64,000 bases of DNA, from NCBI GenBank assembly GCA_016176465.1, contig JACOXD010000006.1, positions 71,878-135,877 of the forward strand, read 5' to 3'. The notes beneath the pieces were generated by a model. It was not told where the DNA came from. It ran no database searches and saw only the letters and a list, made by a program, of their open reading frames with translations. The position numbers and the translations under genes were made by a program. Shown here in pieces: positions 17,265 through 26,500 of this stretch. The first letter of the stretch is position 1; the number at the start of each line of letters is the position of its first letter. This DNA is from Candidatus Daviesbacteria bacterium (GTDB lineage: Bacteria; Patescibacteriota; Microgenomatia; Daviesbacterales; UBA10151).

Positions 17265-18380
17265 TTATTTAAGAATTCCTAGAGGATTGACAGCAATACC
17301 TTTGAACCTAATTTCTAAATGAAGATGTATCCCTGTTGATCTGCCCGTTGAGCCCATTTGTCCTATTACCTGGCCACGGCTGATCTTTTCTCCAACTGAT
17401 ACATAGATATTTGATAAATGACCATATAAGGAAGAATAACCATTTCCATGATCAATAACTACCCTATTACCATAGCCATAACCATCGGGCCAGCCAGCCA
17501 CGACTACAGTTCCCCCATCTGATGAAACTATTCCAGGTGCGCTTCTATTAGCAATATCTATACCAGGGTGATACCAAGCAAAATATTGAGAGACTTCTCC
17601 TCCTGCTGGCCAGACAAAATTACCTCCTCCTGGAGCTGAGAAGGCTGGAGATGATGGTCCCTTAGCCAAATATTGAGGTTGAGGTCTTTTTGGTGCTTTA
17701 ACCTCTGGAGGATAACCATCAGGAATAATAATAACTTGACCTACTTTTAGCTTTAAGTCATCAGGTACATTATTAAATGGAAAATCCAAAACAGCCTGGG
17801 AAGAAGCAGAATACTTCTTAGCAACTCCTTCTAACGTTTCTCCTTCCTTAACAGTGTGGGCCACCCCAGTTAATGGTAAAATTTTTAGTTTATCTCCTGG
17901 TTTGACTGAATTTACATTATCTAAATTATTGGCCCATTTAACAGTATCTGAGCTAATTTGATACTTTTCAGCTATTTGTGATACCGTTTCTCCGCTTTTT
18001 ACTTCATATTCAATTATTTCTGAGCGGGGTTTATCAGAAACAATAGTATTCATATCTATTAAAGTATTTAAACTTATACCTGAAGCATTTGGATCAAATG
18101 TTTCAATTAAGCGAGGATCTTGATCAATCATTCCCGGGAAAGTAGTAGCAACAATATCATTGCCTCCAAAAATTCCAGAACTGACTAGCCCTATTGAAGC
18201 TAAACCCACCATAGAAGCATGCCAGACATGGCGTTGAAATTTACCACGTCTATGCATTAAAAGATTAACTGAGTGGTTTTTAAAACTTTCAAAGCGGACT
18301 GCGGCTTTTTTAGTCTTACGTCCCTGGTAAATTACCAGGAATTTAAGCAAATCTGTAAGATCATCTTTTGCAGAATTCAT
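17265..18380 (-). CDS. LysM-domain M23 family peptidase
   Basis: Two LysM repeats; HPGIDIA, GYGN, YGHL and STGIHLHLE motifs. Confidence 0.93.
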   Translation of the reverse strand: MNSAKDDLTDLLKFLVIYQGRKTKKAAVRFESFKNHSVNLLMHRRGKFQRHVWHASMVGLASIGLVSSGIFGGNDIVATTFPGMIDQDPRLIETFDPNASGISLNTLIDMNTIVSDKPRSEIIEYEVKSGETVSQIAEKYQISSDTVKWANNLDNVNSVKPGDKLKILPLTGVAHTVKEGETLEGVAKKYSASSQAVLDFPFNNVPDDLKLKVGQVIIIPDGYPPEVKAPKRPQPQYLAKGPSSPAFSAPGGGNFVWPAGGEVSQYFAWYHPGIDIANRSAPGIVSSDGGTVVVAGWPDGYGYGNRVVIDHGNGYSSLYGHLSNIYVSVGEKISRGQVIGQMGSTGRSTGIHLHLEIRFKGIAVNPLGILK

Positions 18381-18394
18381 CAGTTAATAGAAAC

Positions 18395-18443
18395 AAGCAA
18401 TTAACAATTAGCTATTATCTATCAGCAATTAAATCTTAGCAAG
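18395..18443. repeat. Heptamer-periodic tract (TAGCAAT-like x7)
   Basis: aagcaat taacaat tagctat tatctat cagcaat taaatct tagcaag. Confidence 0.55.
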
Positions 18444-18479
18444 TTGACAGGATGTGGTATTACAATTTTGAATTTTGAT

Positions 18480-19751
18480 TTATTTAATATCCTTTAGTGA
18501 GGCAAGAAATTCCACATTAGACTCTGTTTTAGCTAATCTTTGTAAAAAAACTTCTGTTCTTTCATTCTCATTCAATATTCCAAGCATTCTTCTCATAATT
18601 ACTATTTGTCTATATGTAGGTTCATCAAATAATAGTTGTTCCTGTCTGGTACTTGAGGCTTCAATGTTAATTGCAGGATAAGTTCTTCGCTCAGCAAGCT
18701 GCCTATCAAGGTGCAGCTCCATATTGCCTGTGCCTTTAAATTCCTCATAAATTAGATCATCCATCCTGGACCCTGTATCAACTAATGCTGTTCCAATAAT
18801 GGTTAGCGATCCTCCCTCTTCACAGTTTCTTGCAGCTCCAAAGAAGTGTTTTGGAGGATAAAGTGCAACAGGATCAAATCCTCCTGATAAAGTTCTACCT
18901 GATGGGGGGACAGAAAGATTATATGCTCTTCCTAGTCTAGTTATGGAATCAAGCAAAATAATTATATCTTTTCCTTCTTCAACCAATCGCTTTGCTCTCT
19001 CTAGCGCAACTTCTGCAGCCCTTGTTTGCGCCTCTGCTGGTTCATCAAAGTTAGAAGCAATTACATCTCCTTTTATAGAACGTGAGATATCGGTTACCTC
19101 CTCAGGTCTCTCCCCAACCAAAACAGCCATTAAGATAACATCAGGGTGATTTTTAGCTATACCTGAGGCAATATCTTTAAGAATGGTTGTTTTACCGGCT
19201 TTAGGTGGCGAGACAATTAAACCTCGCTGACCAAAACCAATCGGAGCTATCAGATCAATTACCCGCGCAGATAAGGGTTGTTTGCCTGTTTCTAATTTAA
19301 GATGTTTATTGGGATATATAGCAGTTAAATCCTCAAATTTAACTCGTTTTACTCTAGATCCATCAGCTGATTGGCCGACTAATTTTTCTGGATCTTTCCC
19401 GTTAACTTTATTAACCTGAAGTAATCCAAAATATCTTTCATTCTCTTTTGGTGGTCTTGCACCTCCTTCAATTAAGTCTCCGGGGCGCAAATTAAATCTT
19501 CTAATTTGTGAAGCAGAGATGTAGACATCTCTGTCTGATGGGATATACTTAGGTCTTAAAAAGCCGTGTCCTTCGGGCATTATATCTAAAACCCCACTTA
19601 CTTCCTCAGTTGGAACATCTTTTGTTTCGTACAAAGGCCTAGATCTTCGATCCATATCCGGACTTTCACTGGGAGCACCTACCACTTGATCAATATCAAG
19701 TTTTTGGGACAGTTCAGTCAATTTTGGTTTAAATGAACGTGTGTTTGGCAT
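18480..19751 (-). CDS. rho: Transcription termination factor Rho
   Basis: GHGFLR, YISASQIRRFNLR, PPKAGKT, ERPEEVT, LDSITRL and EEFKGTGN motifs. Confidence 0.98.
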   Translation of the reverse strand: MPNTRSFKPKLTELSQKLDIDQVVGAPSESPDMDRRSRPLYETKDVPTEEVSGVLDIMPEGHGFLRPKYIPSDRDVYISASQIRRFNLRPGDLIEGGARPPKENERYFGLLQVNKVNGKDPEKLVGQSADGSRVKRVKFEDLTAIYPNKHLKLETGKQPLSARVIDLIAPIGFGQRGLIVSPPKAGKTTILKDIASGIAKNHPDVILMAVLVGERPEEVTDISRSIKGDVIASNFDEPAEAQTRAAEVALERAKRLVEEGKDIIILLDSITRLGRAYNLSVPPSGRTLSGGFDPVALYPPKHFFGAARNCEEGGSLTIIGTALVDTGSRMDDLIYEEFKGTGNMELHLDRQLAERRTYPAINIEASSTRQEQLLFDEPTYRQIVIMRRMLGILNENERTEVFLQRLAKTESNVEFLASLKDIK

Positions 19752-19848
19752 TTTAGATTTTTAAAACATGTTAAAGGGAGGGCTTGAGGGTTTAAATCAG
19801 TTTAAGTTTGACACATTTTATGTTTTACTGTCAATAGTTGGAATTTAA

Positions 19849-19901
19849 TGACCTATATCGGGGACTTATCCCTGCCCAAGATAAATCCCCGGTACAAGTC
19901 A
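19849..19901 (-). other. Long imperfect hairpin upstream of rho
   Basis: TGACCTATATCGGGGACTTATC / GATAAATCCCCGGTACAAGTCA; the plus-strand C-A mismatches become G-U pairs on the minus strand. Confidence 0.55.
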
Positions 19902-19949
19902 CAAAATTTCCCCTCTTGACAAAGTTATCCTTTTATGAAATCTTAAATA

Positions 19950-20047
19950 GTGAAAATATAATTTCGCTGCTCTGAAATTATATTTTCGAACTTAATAAAA
20001 AGGGCATTGCTATTCGAGTCCGTCTGCGGTAGTAATGCTCTTTTTTT
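19950..20047 (+). ncRNA. Candidate small RNA (two hairpins ending in a U7 terminator)
   Basis: TTGACA at 19916; perfect 14-bp stem 19952-19987; terminator-like stem 19997-20047 whose G-U pairs favour the plus strand. Confidence 0.4.
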
Positions 20048-20056
20048 GTCCTACCA

Positions 20057-20103
20057 AAATTAAAGACTACTGAATCCGTCTGCTATTCAGTAGTCTTTAA
20101 TTT
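20057..20103. repeat. Perfect 19-bp inverted repeat with loop CCGTCTGCT
   Basis: AAATTAAAGACTACTGAAT / ATTCAGTAGTCTTTAATTT. Confidence 0.85.
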
Positions 20104-20240
20104 CTTACCATTAATATTAATGTTTGATCCCCACTTGATAGAACCTTCCTAACTTGTGAAGTTAGAGGGTTTTCTATCTTTTTACTTAATCTTTTTGAAT
20201 TTTCTTTGCCTTTTTGAATCCTAAAGTTAAACATAACTAG

Positions 20241-20269
20241 AAGATAACAGAAAAAATACTATTTGTCAA
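20241..20269 (-). promoter_or_regulatory. Sigma70-type promoter pointing into the hairpin cluster
   Basis: TTGACA-N17-TATCTT with extended -10 TG on the minus strand. Confidence 0.5.
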
Positions 20270-20419
20270 GGTTTTTAAAACCCATAGCAAAATTTATTGT
20301 CAAATCTCTATATCCTAGAGTTTATTTAAAGGGGTACACAGCACAGTTTAGACTGATCTAATAAGCCAAATTGAAATAGCTTTTTTTATTATTAACAATT
20401 AATATGTCTTGTGGATAAC

Positions 20420-20713
20420 TTATTTAGGTTGTGGATTTTTACAAAGAAAGCAGACCCCCTTATTGTAGGAAGGTGAAAATACAGATAAAGTTGCACTCAA
20501 AAGCGAGTTAACTGTTAAACCAACTGAGATTAAAATAACGACCAGACCCAAGATGATATTCAAAGGTGGGGCCAAAGAGAAAAAAAGAGCTAAGCCTATT
20601 ATCGTTAGTATTATCCAAAATATAGATGCTAGAATCCCTTTTAGTAGATAAAAGATTAAGACCACTAGATAGTGCCAAGGTTGATGAATATTTTTGTTAC
20701 TTGATTTTTTCAC
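20420..20713 (-). CDS. Small membrane protein, hypothetical
   Basis: Two to three hydrophobic segments and a C-terminal CxxC. GTG at 20713 avoids overlap with the divergent gene. Confidence 0.6.
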   Translation of the reverse strand: MKKSSNKNIHQPWHYLVVLIFYLLKGILASIFWIILTIIGLALFFSLAPPLNIILGLVVILISVGLTVNSLLSATLSVFSPSYNKGVCFLCKNPQPK

Positions 20714-20748
20714 AGTGAGTTTATTAATATTTTTAAGATGTAAACACA

Positions 20749-21555
20749 ATGAAATCTCCCCTACTTTCAGTAATTGTACCAATATATAGGCAAGAAAAAA
20801 GAGTTGTTAAAGATTTAAGAAAAATCAAGGCTGTTTTAGATAAAATACGTTACCGATCTGAGCTAATTTGTGTGGTAGATGGAATGGTTGATGATACTTA
20901 TAAAAACGCTAAAGCTTTTGCTAAAAAAAGCAGCAATGTTAAACTCAGCGGATATGAAAACAATAGAGGTAAGGGTTACGCTGTTAGATATGGAATGGCC
21001 CAAAGCAAAGGAGATCTGATTGCCTTTATTGATTCTGGAATGGATTTAAATCCTAATGGTTTATCCATGCTCCTCGAGCATTTTGAATGGTACGATGCTG
21101 ACATTGTTGTAGGCTCCAAACGCCATCCTGTATCAAAGGTTGATTATCCAAAGATAAGAAGACTCTTTTCCTGGCTTTACCAGCTATTAACAAAGATTCT
21201 TTTTGGTTTAAAAATAAGAGATACCCAAGTTGGAATGAAGTTGTTTAAAAGAGAGGTTTTAGAGAAAGTACTACCTAGATTATTAGTTAAACAATATGCG
21301 TTTGATATAGAAATACTGGCAGTCGCTAACTATCTCGGGTTTAAGCGTATATATGAGGCACCAGTTGATTTGAAGTATGATTTTGGGAATAGCTCTATTT
21401 TACCCAGTAAACACTTTGTCAAAACAGTTAGCTTGATGTTAAAAGATACCTTAGCCATTTTTTATCGCTTAAGGATTCTTAATTACTATTCGGATGTTAA
21501 TCAAAGAAAATGGAAATTTGATCCCGAACTAAATTTCAGAGTTAATATTGGCTAA
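20749..21555 (+). CDS. GT2, polyprenyl-phosphate glycosyltransferase (DPG synthase-like)
   Basis: NRGKGYAVRYG, VVGSKRHP, DTQVGMKLF and FDIEIL motifs. Confidence 0.88.
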   Translation: MKSPLLSVIVPIYRQEKRVVKDLRKIKAVLDKIRYRSELICVVDGMVDDTYKNAKAFAKKSSNVKLSGYENNRGKGYAVRYGMAQSKGDLIAFIDSGMDLNPNGLSMLLEHFEWYDADIVVGSKRHPVSKVDYPKIRRLFSWLYQLLTKILFGLKIRDTQVGMKLFKREVLEKVLPRLLVKQYAFDIEILAVANYLGFKRIYEAPVDLKYDFGNSSILPSKHFVKTVSLMLKDTLAIFYRLRILNYYSDVNQRKWKFDPELNFRVNIG

Positions 21556-21567
21556 TCAAACCCTCTT

Positions 21568-22695
21568 ATGAGAATTCTCATCTTCTCCTGGAGAGATCCT
21601 AAACATCCTCTATCAGGAGGAGCAGAAAGAATGATTCACGAACATACAAAAGGCTGGATTAAAGCCGGACATGAGGTCACACTTTTTGCATCAGCGCTAA
21701 AGGGTTTACCTAAAGAGGAAGTTTTAGATAAGGTTAAAATTATTAGGCGAGGCTATCAGTATCTTGGAGTGCAAATATCAGCTTTTCTTTATTATCTTAA
21801 AAATTCAGGTAAATTTGATTTCCTGGTTGATCAATTCCATGGCATTCCTTTTTTTACACCGATTTATTCCAATAAACCAAAATTGGCAATAATTCATGAA
21901 ACAGCTAAAGAAGTTTGGTTTTTGAATTCACTTCCTAAACCTATAAATTGGTTTGTAAGTCTACTCGGATTTATAACCGAACCTTTAATCTTTAAGTTGT
22001 ATAAAAAAGTTCCTTTTATTACTGTCTCTAAGTCAACTAAATTAGATATTGCTAGGTTTGGGATTCCAGAGCAAAATATTAATGTTATTCAAAATGGAAT
22101 TTTTAAGCCAAAAAAAATTATTTTGCCAGCTAAAACTCAAATTCCAACTATTACATTCTTAGGGACTCTATCTAAAGACAAAGGGATAGAGGATGCAATC
22201 AAATGTTTTGCCATTCTAAATAAACAAGGCAAATTTAACTTTTGGGTAATAGGCAGAAAGGAAGGAGAAGTTTACTTTCAAAAATTATTAAGGTTTGCTA
22301 AATCCTTAGGCCTAAAAAAGAATTTAGAGTTTTGGGGATATGTATCTGAAGAGCAAAAATTTAAGCTTTTATCAAAGAGCCACCTTTTATTAAATCCATC
22401 AATTAGAGAGGGTTGGGGCTTGGTTAACATAGAGAGTAACTTGGTTAAAACTCCTGTTGTTGCCTACCCTTCACCTGGACTCATTGATTCTGTAAAAAAC
22501 AATATTAGCGGTATTATTTCTAAAGAAAAAACTCCTCAAAATTTAGCAAAAATAGTCTATGATTTATGTAAAGACAAGGAAAAATATGCTAAATTACAAA
22601 ACTCCTCTTATCTTTTTAGCCAAAAATTTGACTGGAAAAAATCTACCCAAATGAGTCTCAAATTAATAAATAATTTATATCAAAATAGCTCATAA
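21568..22695 (+). CDS. Glycosyltransferase family 4
   Basis: WRDPKHPLSGGAE and EGWGLVNIE motifs. Confidence 0.9.
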   Translation: MRILIFSWRDPKHPLSGGAERMIHEHTKGWIKAGHEVTLFASALKGLPKEEVLDKVKIIRRGYQYLGVQISAFLYYLKNSGKFDFLVDQFHGIPFFTPIYSNKPKLAIIHETAKEVWFLNSLPKPINWFVSLLGFITEPLIFKLYKKVPFITVSKSTKLDIARFGIPEQNINVIQNGIFKPKKIILPAKTQIPTITFLGTLSKDKGIEDAIKCFAILNKQGKFNFWVIGRKEGEVYFQKLLRFAKSLGLKKNLEFWGYVSEEQKFKLLSKSHLLLNPSIREGWGLVNIESNLVKTPVVAYPSPGLIDSVKNNISGIISKEKTPQNLAKIVYDLCKDKEKYAKLQNSSYLFSQKFDWKKSTQMSLKLINNLYQNSS

Positions 22696-22706
22696 TATAA
22701 ACTTGT

Positions 22707-23510
22707 ATGTCTAAACTCTCTATAATTATTCCTACCAAAAACGAAGAAAAAAATATTGTCCGTTTACTTAAATCTATTGATCCAAAATTAGCTGAGGTTA
22801 TTTTGGTTGATAACTTTTCAACCGATAAAACAGTTAAGCTGGCGACCCCCTATTTAAATAAACTATTTTTGGCAGGGCCTGAAAGATCAGCCCAGCGCAA
22901 TTTTGGAGCAAAAAAAGCTAGTGGAGATTATCTACTTTTTCTAGATGCAGATATGGCACTTTCTAAAAATTTGATTGAAAAATGTTTAAATGCTACATCA
23001 GAAAAAAAGACAATATGGGCAATTAAGGAAAAATCTATCGGCAGATCTTTTTGGGGGAAAGCTTTGGCGCTGGAGAGAAACTGTTATATCGACCAAGATT
23101 ATATAATAGCTGCGAGGTTTTTTTCTAAAAAAGATTTCCTAAAGATTGGAGGCTACGACCCTAACTTGCCTGCAGGGGAAGACTGGGATTTAACCCAAAG
23201 ATTTATTAATAAAGGCTACCGTATCCAAATTATTAATACTCCCATTATTCATCATGAATCTACTGATTCAATTCTTAATTTATTAAAAAAAGAATACTAC
23301 TATATCAAAAATATTCAAAAGTATGCTAAAAAGCATCCCAACGCCTTTAAGAATCAAAGTAGTATTATTTACAGGATAAAAATTTGGTTAAAATGTTGGG
23401 AAGAGTTGATTAAATATCCCCTTCTTACTTTAGTATTCCTTTTTTATAAGTTTTTAGTCTGGCTGATGTTTTTATCTCATTCCTATCTTTTTTCCAAAAC
23501 TAAACGATAA
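22707..23510 (+). CDS. Glycosyltransferase family 2
   Basis: IIIPTKNEE, VDNFSTD, FLDAD and GEDWD motifs. Confidence 0.9.
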   Translation: MSKLSIIIPTKNEEKNIVRLLKSIDPKLAEVILVDNFSTDKTVKLATPYLNKLFLAGPERSAQRNFGAKKASGDYLLFLDADMALSKNLIEKCLNATSEKKTIWAIKEKSIGRSFWGKALALERNCYIDQDYIIAARFFSKKDFLKIGGYDPNLPAGEDWDLTQRFINKGYRIQIINTPIIHHESTDSILNLLKKEYYYIKNIQKYAKKHPNAFKNQSSIIYRIKIWLKCWEELIKYPLLTLVFLFYKFLVWLMFLSHSYLFSKTKR

Positions 23511-24607
23511 ATTTGCAATAACTTCTGATTAGTTTTTTTTACTGAATATAACTTTTGAAACTTAACTTTAGCAGCAGTCCCCATCTTTATTAATAACTTC
23601 TTATTCTTGATAAGTTTTTCCAGAGAGCTTACCAACTGATCTAAGTTTCCAGGTTCAATTACCAACCCTGTTTTATTATTATCTACAATCTCAGGAAGAG
23701 CATAGATTTTAGTAACTATACTGGGAACTGCAAAAGACGCAGCTTCTATTACTACCAAACCATATCCTTCAGCTTTAGATGGAACTAAAACCAACAGGTC
23801 TGCTTTAGGATAAATCGATCTTATTAAATCCTTTCTGGATATGTATCTTTTTTGACCAACATCCTTAGGTAACCTAAGTGATTTATCAACCTCACCTATA
23901 ATTGTCAATTTTAACTGAGGATACTTTTTTTTGAGAATAAAGTAAGCTTCCACTAATAATTCTCCCCCTTTTCTTCTAAACCATGTTCCTATAAATAAAA
24001 TGTGTATGCTCTTTCCAGAAACTTTTTTTTTAAATAAGGGAGTCTTTACTCCTGGAGGTATTACAAATATTGTTTTGGGATCGATCCCTAAGCTTTGATG
24101 TATTTTTTTAGCAAAGTTTGACCAAACTATTAAAAAATTCTCTCTTAGGTTTAAATTTTGATCATATATTTTGAAAAATGAAACTAAAGCTTTTTTTATT
24201 TGGTAGCCAAACTTTATTCTCCACCTACTCCATCCTAAATAATCTCTCAAAAAAAGATAATTACTAGAGCTGTCGGAGAGAACTACAGGCGTAGAATCAT
24301 TAGCAAGGTGCAGGTTATATCCATGGCAATGGATTAAATCAAATTTTTGGTTTAATTTTATAGTTTTTATTCCAGCATCAGGCGGTAAAATTTTAAACTT
24401 CATCAGTTTTGAAAAGATCTTTTCCAGGAAAGTAGTTTGTATCAATTTTTTATCTAGTGCTTCTTGGTAATAAGTATATTCAACATCCCTGGGAGGATAT
24501 TTAAGAAGAGTTTGAGTATAAGTGTTCTCTCCTCCCATTAAAAATTTTAAATTTCCTGGTTTTTTAGGATCAGCAGGACTAATTAGTAAAACCTTTATCT
24601 TCTTCAT
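23483..24607 (-). CDS. Glycosyltransferase family 4
   Basis: RKGG and EGYGLVVIEA motifs. Confidence 0.9.
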   Translation of the reverse strand: MKKIKVLLISPADPKKPGNLKFLMGGENTYTQTLLKYPPRDVEYTYYQEALDKKLIQTTFLEKIFSKLMKFKILPPDAGIKTIKLNQKFDLIHCHGYNLHLANDSTPVVLSDSSSNYLFLRDYLGWSRWRIKFGYQIKKALVSFFKIYDQNLNLRENFLIVWSNFAKKIHQSLGIDPKTIFVIPPGVKTPLFKKKVSGKSIHILFIGTWFRRKGGELLVEAYFILKKKYPQLKLTIIGEVDKSLRLPKDVGQKRYISRKDLIRSIYPKADLLVLVPSKAEGYGLVVIEAASFAVPSIVTKIYALPEIVDNNKTGLVIEPGNLDQLVSSLEKLIKNKKLLIKMGTAAKVKFQKLYSVKKTNQKLLQIYRLVLEKR

Positions 24608-24652
24608 TCAAGCAATTCTAACATGATAATTTTTTAATGGTAAAATTCTGCT

Positions 24653-25705
24653 ATGACTTTAAGACAAACAATAGCTAATAAGAAAGCAGAGGTCCAATTC
24701 AGAGAAAAACTAGTCAAACAACATAAAGGAGAACAAAGTTATTTCCCCGGACAACCGGATAATCTAAGAATCTTAATTGAGTTAAAAAAAAGGCTGTCTG
24801 ATACAAAAAAGGATATATTGAACCTAAAAAAAGAAGGTTTGCTTAAAAGTCCATATTTGGAAATCGGTGCTGAAAAGTGTCAGAGAAGCATGTTATGCGA
24901 AAATCAATTCAAGATTAAAGGTATTGCAGCTGATATCTCCTTTCATAGCCTAGATTCTGCAAATTTTTTTGCTAAAAAACTCGGGTTTAAAAAAATGCCA
25001 TTAAGAATCTGCTTGGATGCTTATAATCTCCCTTTCCTAGATAACTGCATTCCCTTTATCTTTTTTTATCAAACACTTCATCATTTTCCAGATCCTTCTC
25101 CTATACTTAGAGAATCAGCCAGAGTTTTGCGCTCTGATGGAGTAGTGTTTATAAACGAGGAGCCTATAAAGCAACTTTTTAATTTAAATCTATTTAGGCG
25201 TGATTTTAATTTAAATAATCTTCAGAAGCTACTCAAACGCTTACTTATACTTCCTTTTATTTCAACCATTGGTAAATCAGAGATGGAGAGTGGAATTATA
25301 GAAACCTCTTTTTGGTTGGATAAATGGGAAAGTATCCTCAAAGATTTCGAGCGGGTTAAAGTTACCGCTACTCCCCTTTTTGGGAAAGGGCAGCTTTTAG
25401 AAAAAAATGCTCATCAAGGTTGGTTAAATCCCAATTTGTTAACCAAGGCTTTGATTGCAATTTTGGGTGGTGGAATCAAGGTAATAGCTACTAAGAATAA
25501 AAAACCTAGACTTGATTTTCTTTCAAATGATATCTTCGATATTTTAGCCTGCCCAGATTGCAAAGTGAGAGTGTCGCTTAAAAAAAGCGGCTCAAATTTA
25601 TTCTATTGTCAAAAGTGCGGCAGTGAGTTTCCAATCAAAAAGGATATCCTGATTTTTTTACCCAGGAGACAAAGACCTTTATTAAAAAAAATTTATGTAT
25701 CCTAA
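24653..25705 (+). CDS. Class I SAM methyltransferase with C-terminal Trm112-like zinc finger
   Basis: LEIGAE, DAYNLPF, LHH, RVLRSDG; LACPDC...CQKC...FPI. Confidence 0.8.
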   Translation: MTLRQTIANKKAEVQFREKLVKQHKGEQSYFPGQPDNLRILIELKKRLSDTKKDILNLKKEGLLKSPYLEIGAEKCQRSMLCENQFKIKGIAADISFHSLDSANFFAKKLGFKKMPLRICLDAYNLPFLDNCIPFIFFYQTLHHFPDPSPILRESARVLRSDGVVFINEEPIKQLFNLNLFRRDFNLNNLQKLLKRLLILPFISTIGKSEMESGIIETSFWLDKWESILKDFERVKVTATPLFGKGQLLEKNAHQGWLNPNLLTKALIAILGGGIKVIATKNKKPRLDFLSNDIFDILACPDCKVRVSLKKSGSNLFYCQKCGSEFPIKKDILIFLPRRQRPLLKKIYVS

Positions 25706-26424
25706 AGTATCAATTATTTTTGTTAACTATAATGGAGGAAAACAGCCTATTGAGTGTTTAAAATCTATCTTTAGGCTTAATTATCCCCAAAGAAAAATAG
25801 AAATTATTGTAATTGATAACGGATCAACTGATGGTTCATTAAAGAAAATAAAAAGATTCCACAAGGTAAAACTAATAGAAAATAAAAGTAATCTTGGTTT
25901 TGCTGGATCTATTAATCAAGGAGTTTTAATTTCGAAGGGGGAATATATTTTTATGGGAAATGATGATATTGTCTTCGAAAAGGACAGCCTGCTTGAGATG
26001 GTTCAGTTTGCTAAGAGCCGTCCCGAGATAGGAGTAATTGGAGGAAAAATACTAGATAAAGTAAATCCAAAAAGAGTAATTTCTTTGGGATATTTTATGA
26101 ATAAAATAACTGGCAATGTTTATCCCAATAAGAGTGAGGATTTAAGTAAATCAATTGATTGGCTTCAAGGTTGTGCTTTGTTAATTTCCAGAAAGACTTT
26201 AAAAAAAGTAGGCCTTTTTGATCCGGTATAGAAATAAGATTCGATTTATGCTAAAAAACCTACCCTTAATTAATATTCTATCAATACTTTTTTTTCAATC
26301 TTTTCTAGTTATCCCCTACAGATTCTTGATCTTAAGAGACCGAAGATCTTTGCCCTATTTAAAAGGACTCTGGTGGAATATTTCAAATATTAAACAAACT
26401 TTTAAAGTAAGAGGAAAATTATGA
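25695..26424 (+). pseudogene. Glycosyltransferase family 2, split by an internal frameshifting deletion
   Basis: The 5' ORF stops at GLFDPV; the tail YRNKIRF resumes in another frame; the ED-motif segment is missing. Confidence 0.75.
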
Positions 26425-26500
26425 AAAGCATTTAGCTTTTATTTTTCCTTTTGGAGTTATCTATTACACACTTGTGATTGATAAGGGCAGAAAACGATGA
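26421..26500 (+). pseudogene. Remnant of a gene with most of its interior missing
   Basis: ATG overlaps the upstream TGA; a different frame (KHLAFIFPFGVIYYTLVIDKGRKR*) ends overlapping the next ATG. Confidence 0.45.

Noticed and set aside
18444-18470. TTGACA promoter on the plus strand
   Set aside because: TACAAT lies only 11 nt away and there is no plus-strand gene downstream
1156-20184. CRISPR array interpretation of the repeats
   Set aside because: No identical direct repeats with regular unique spacers, and no cas genes
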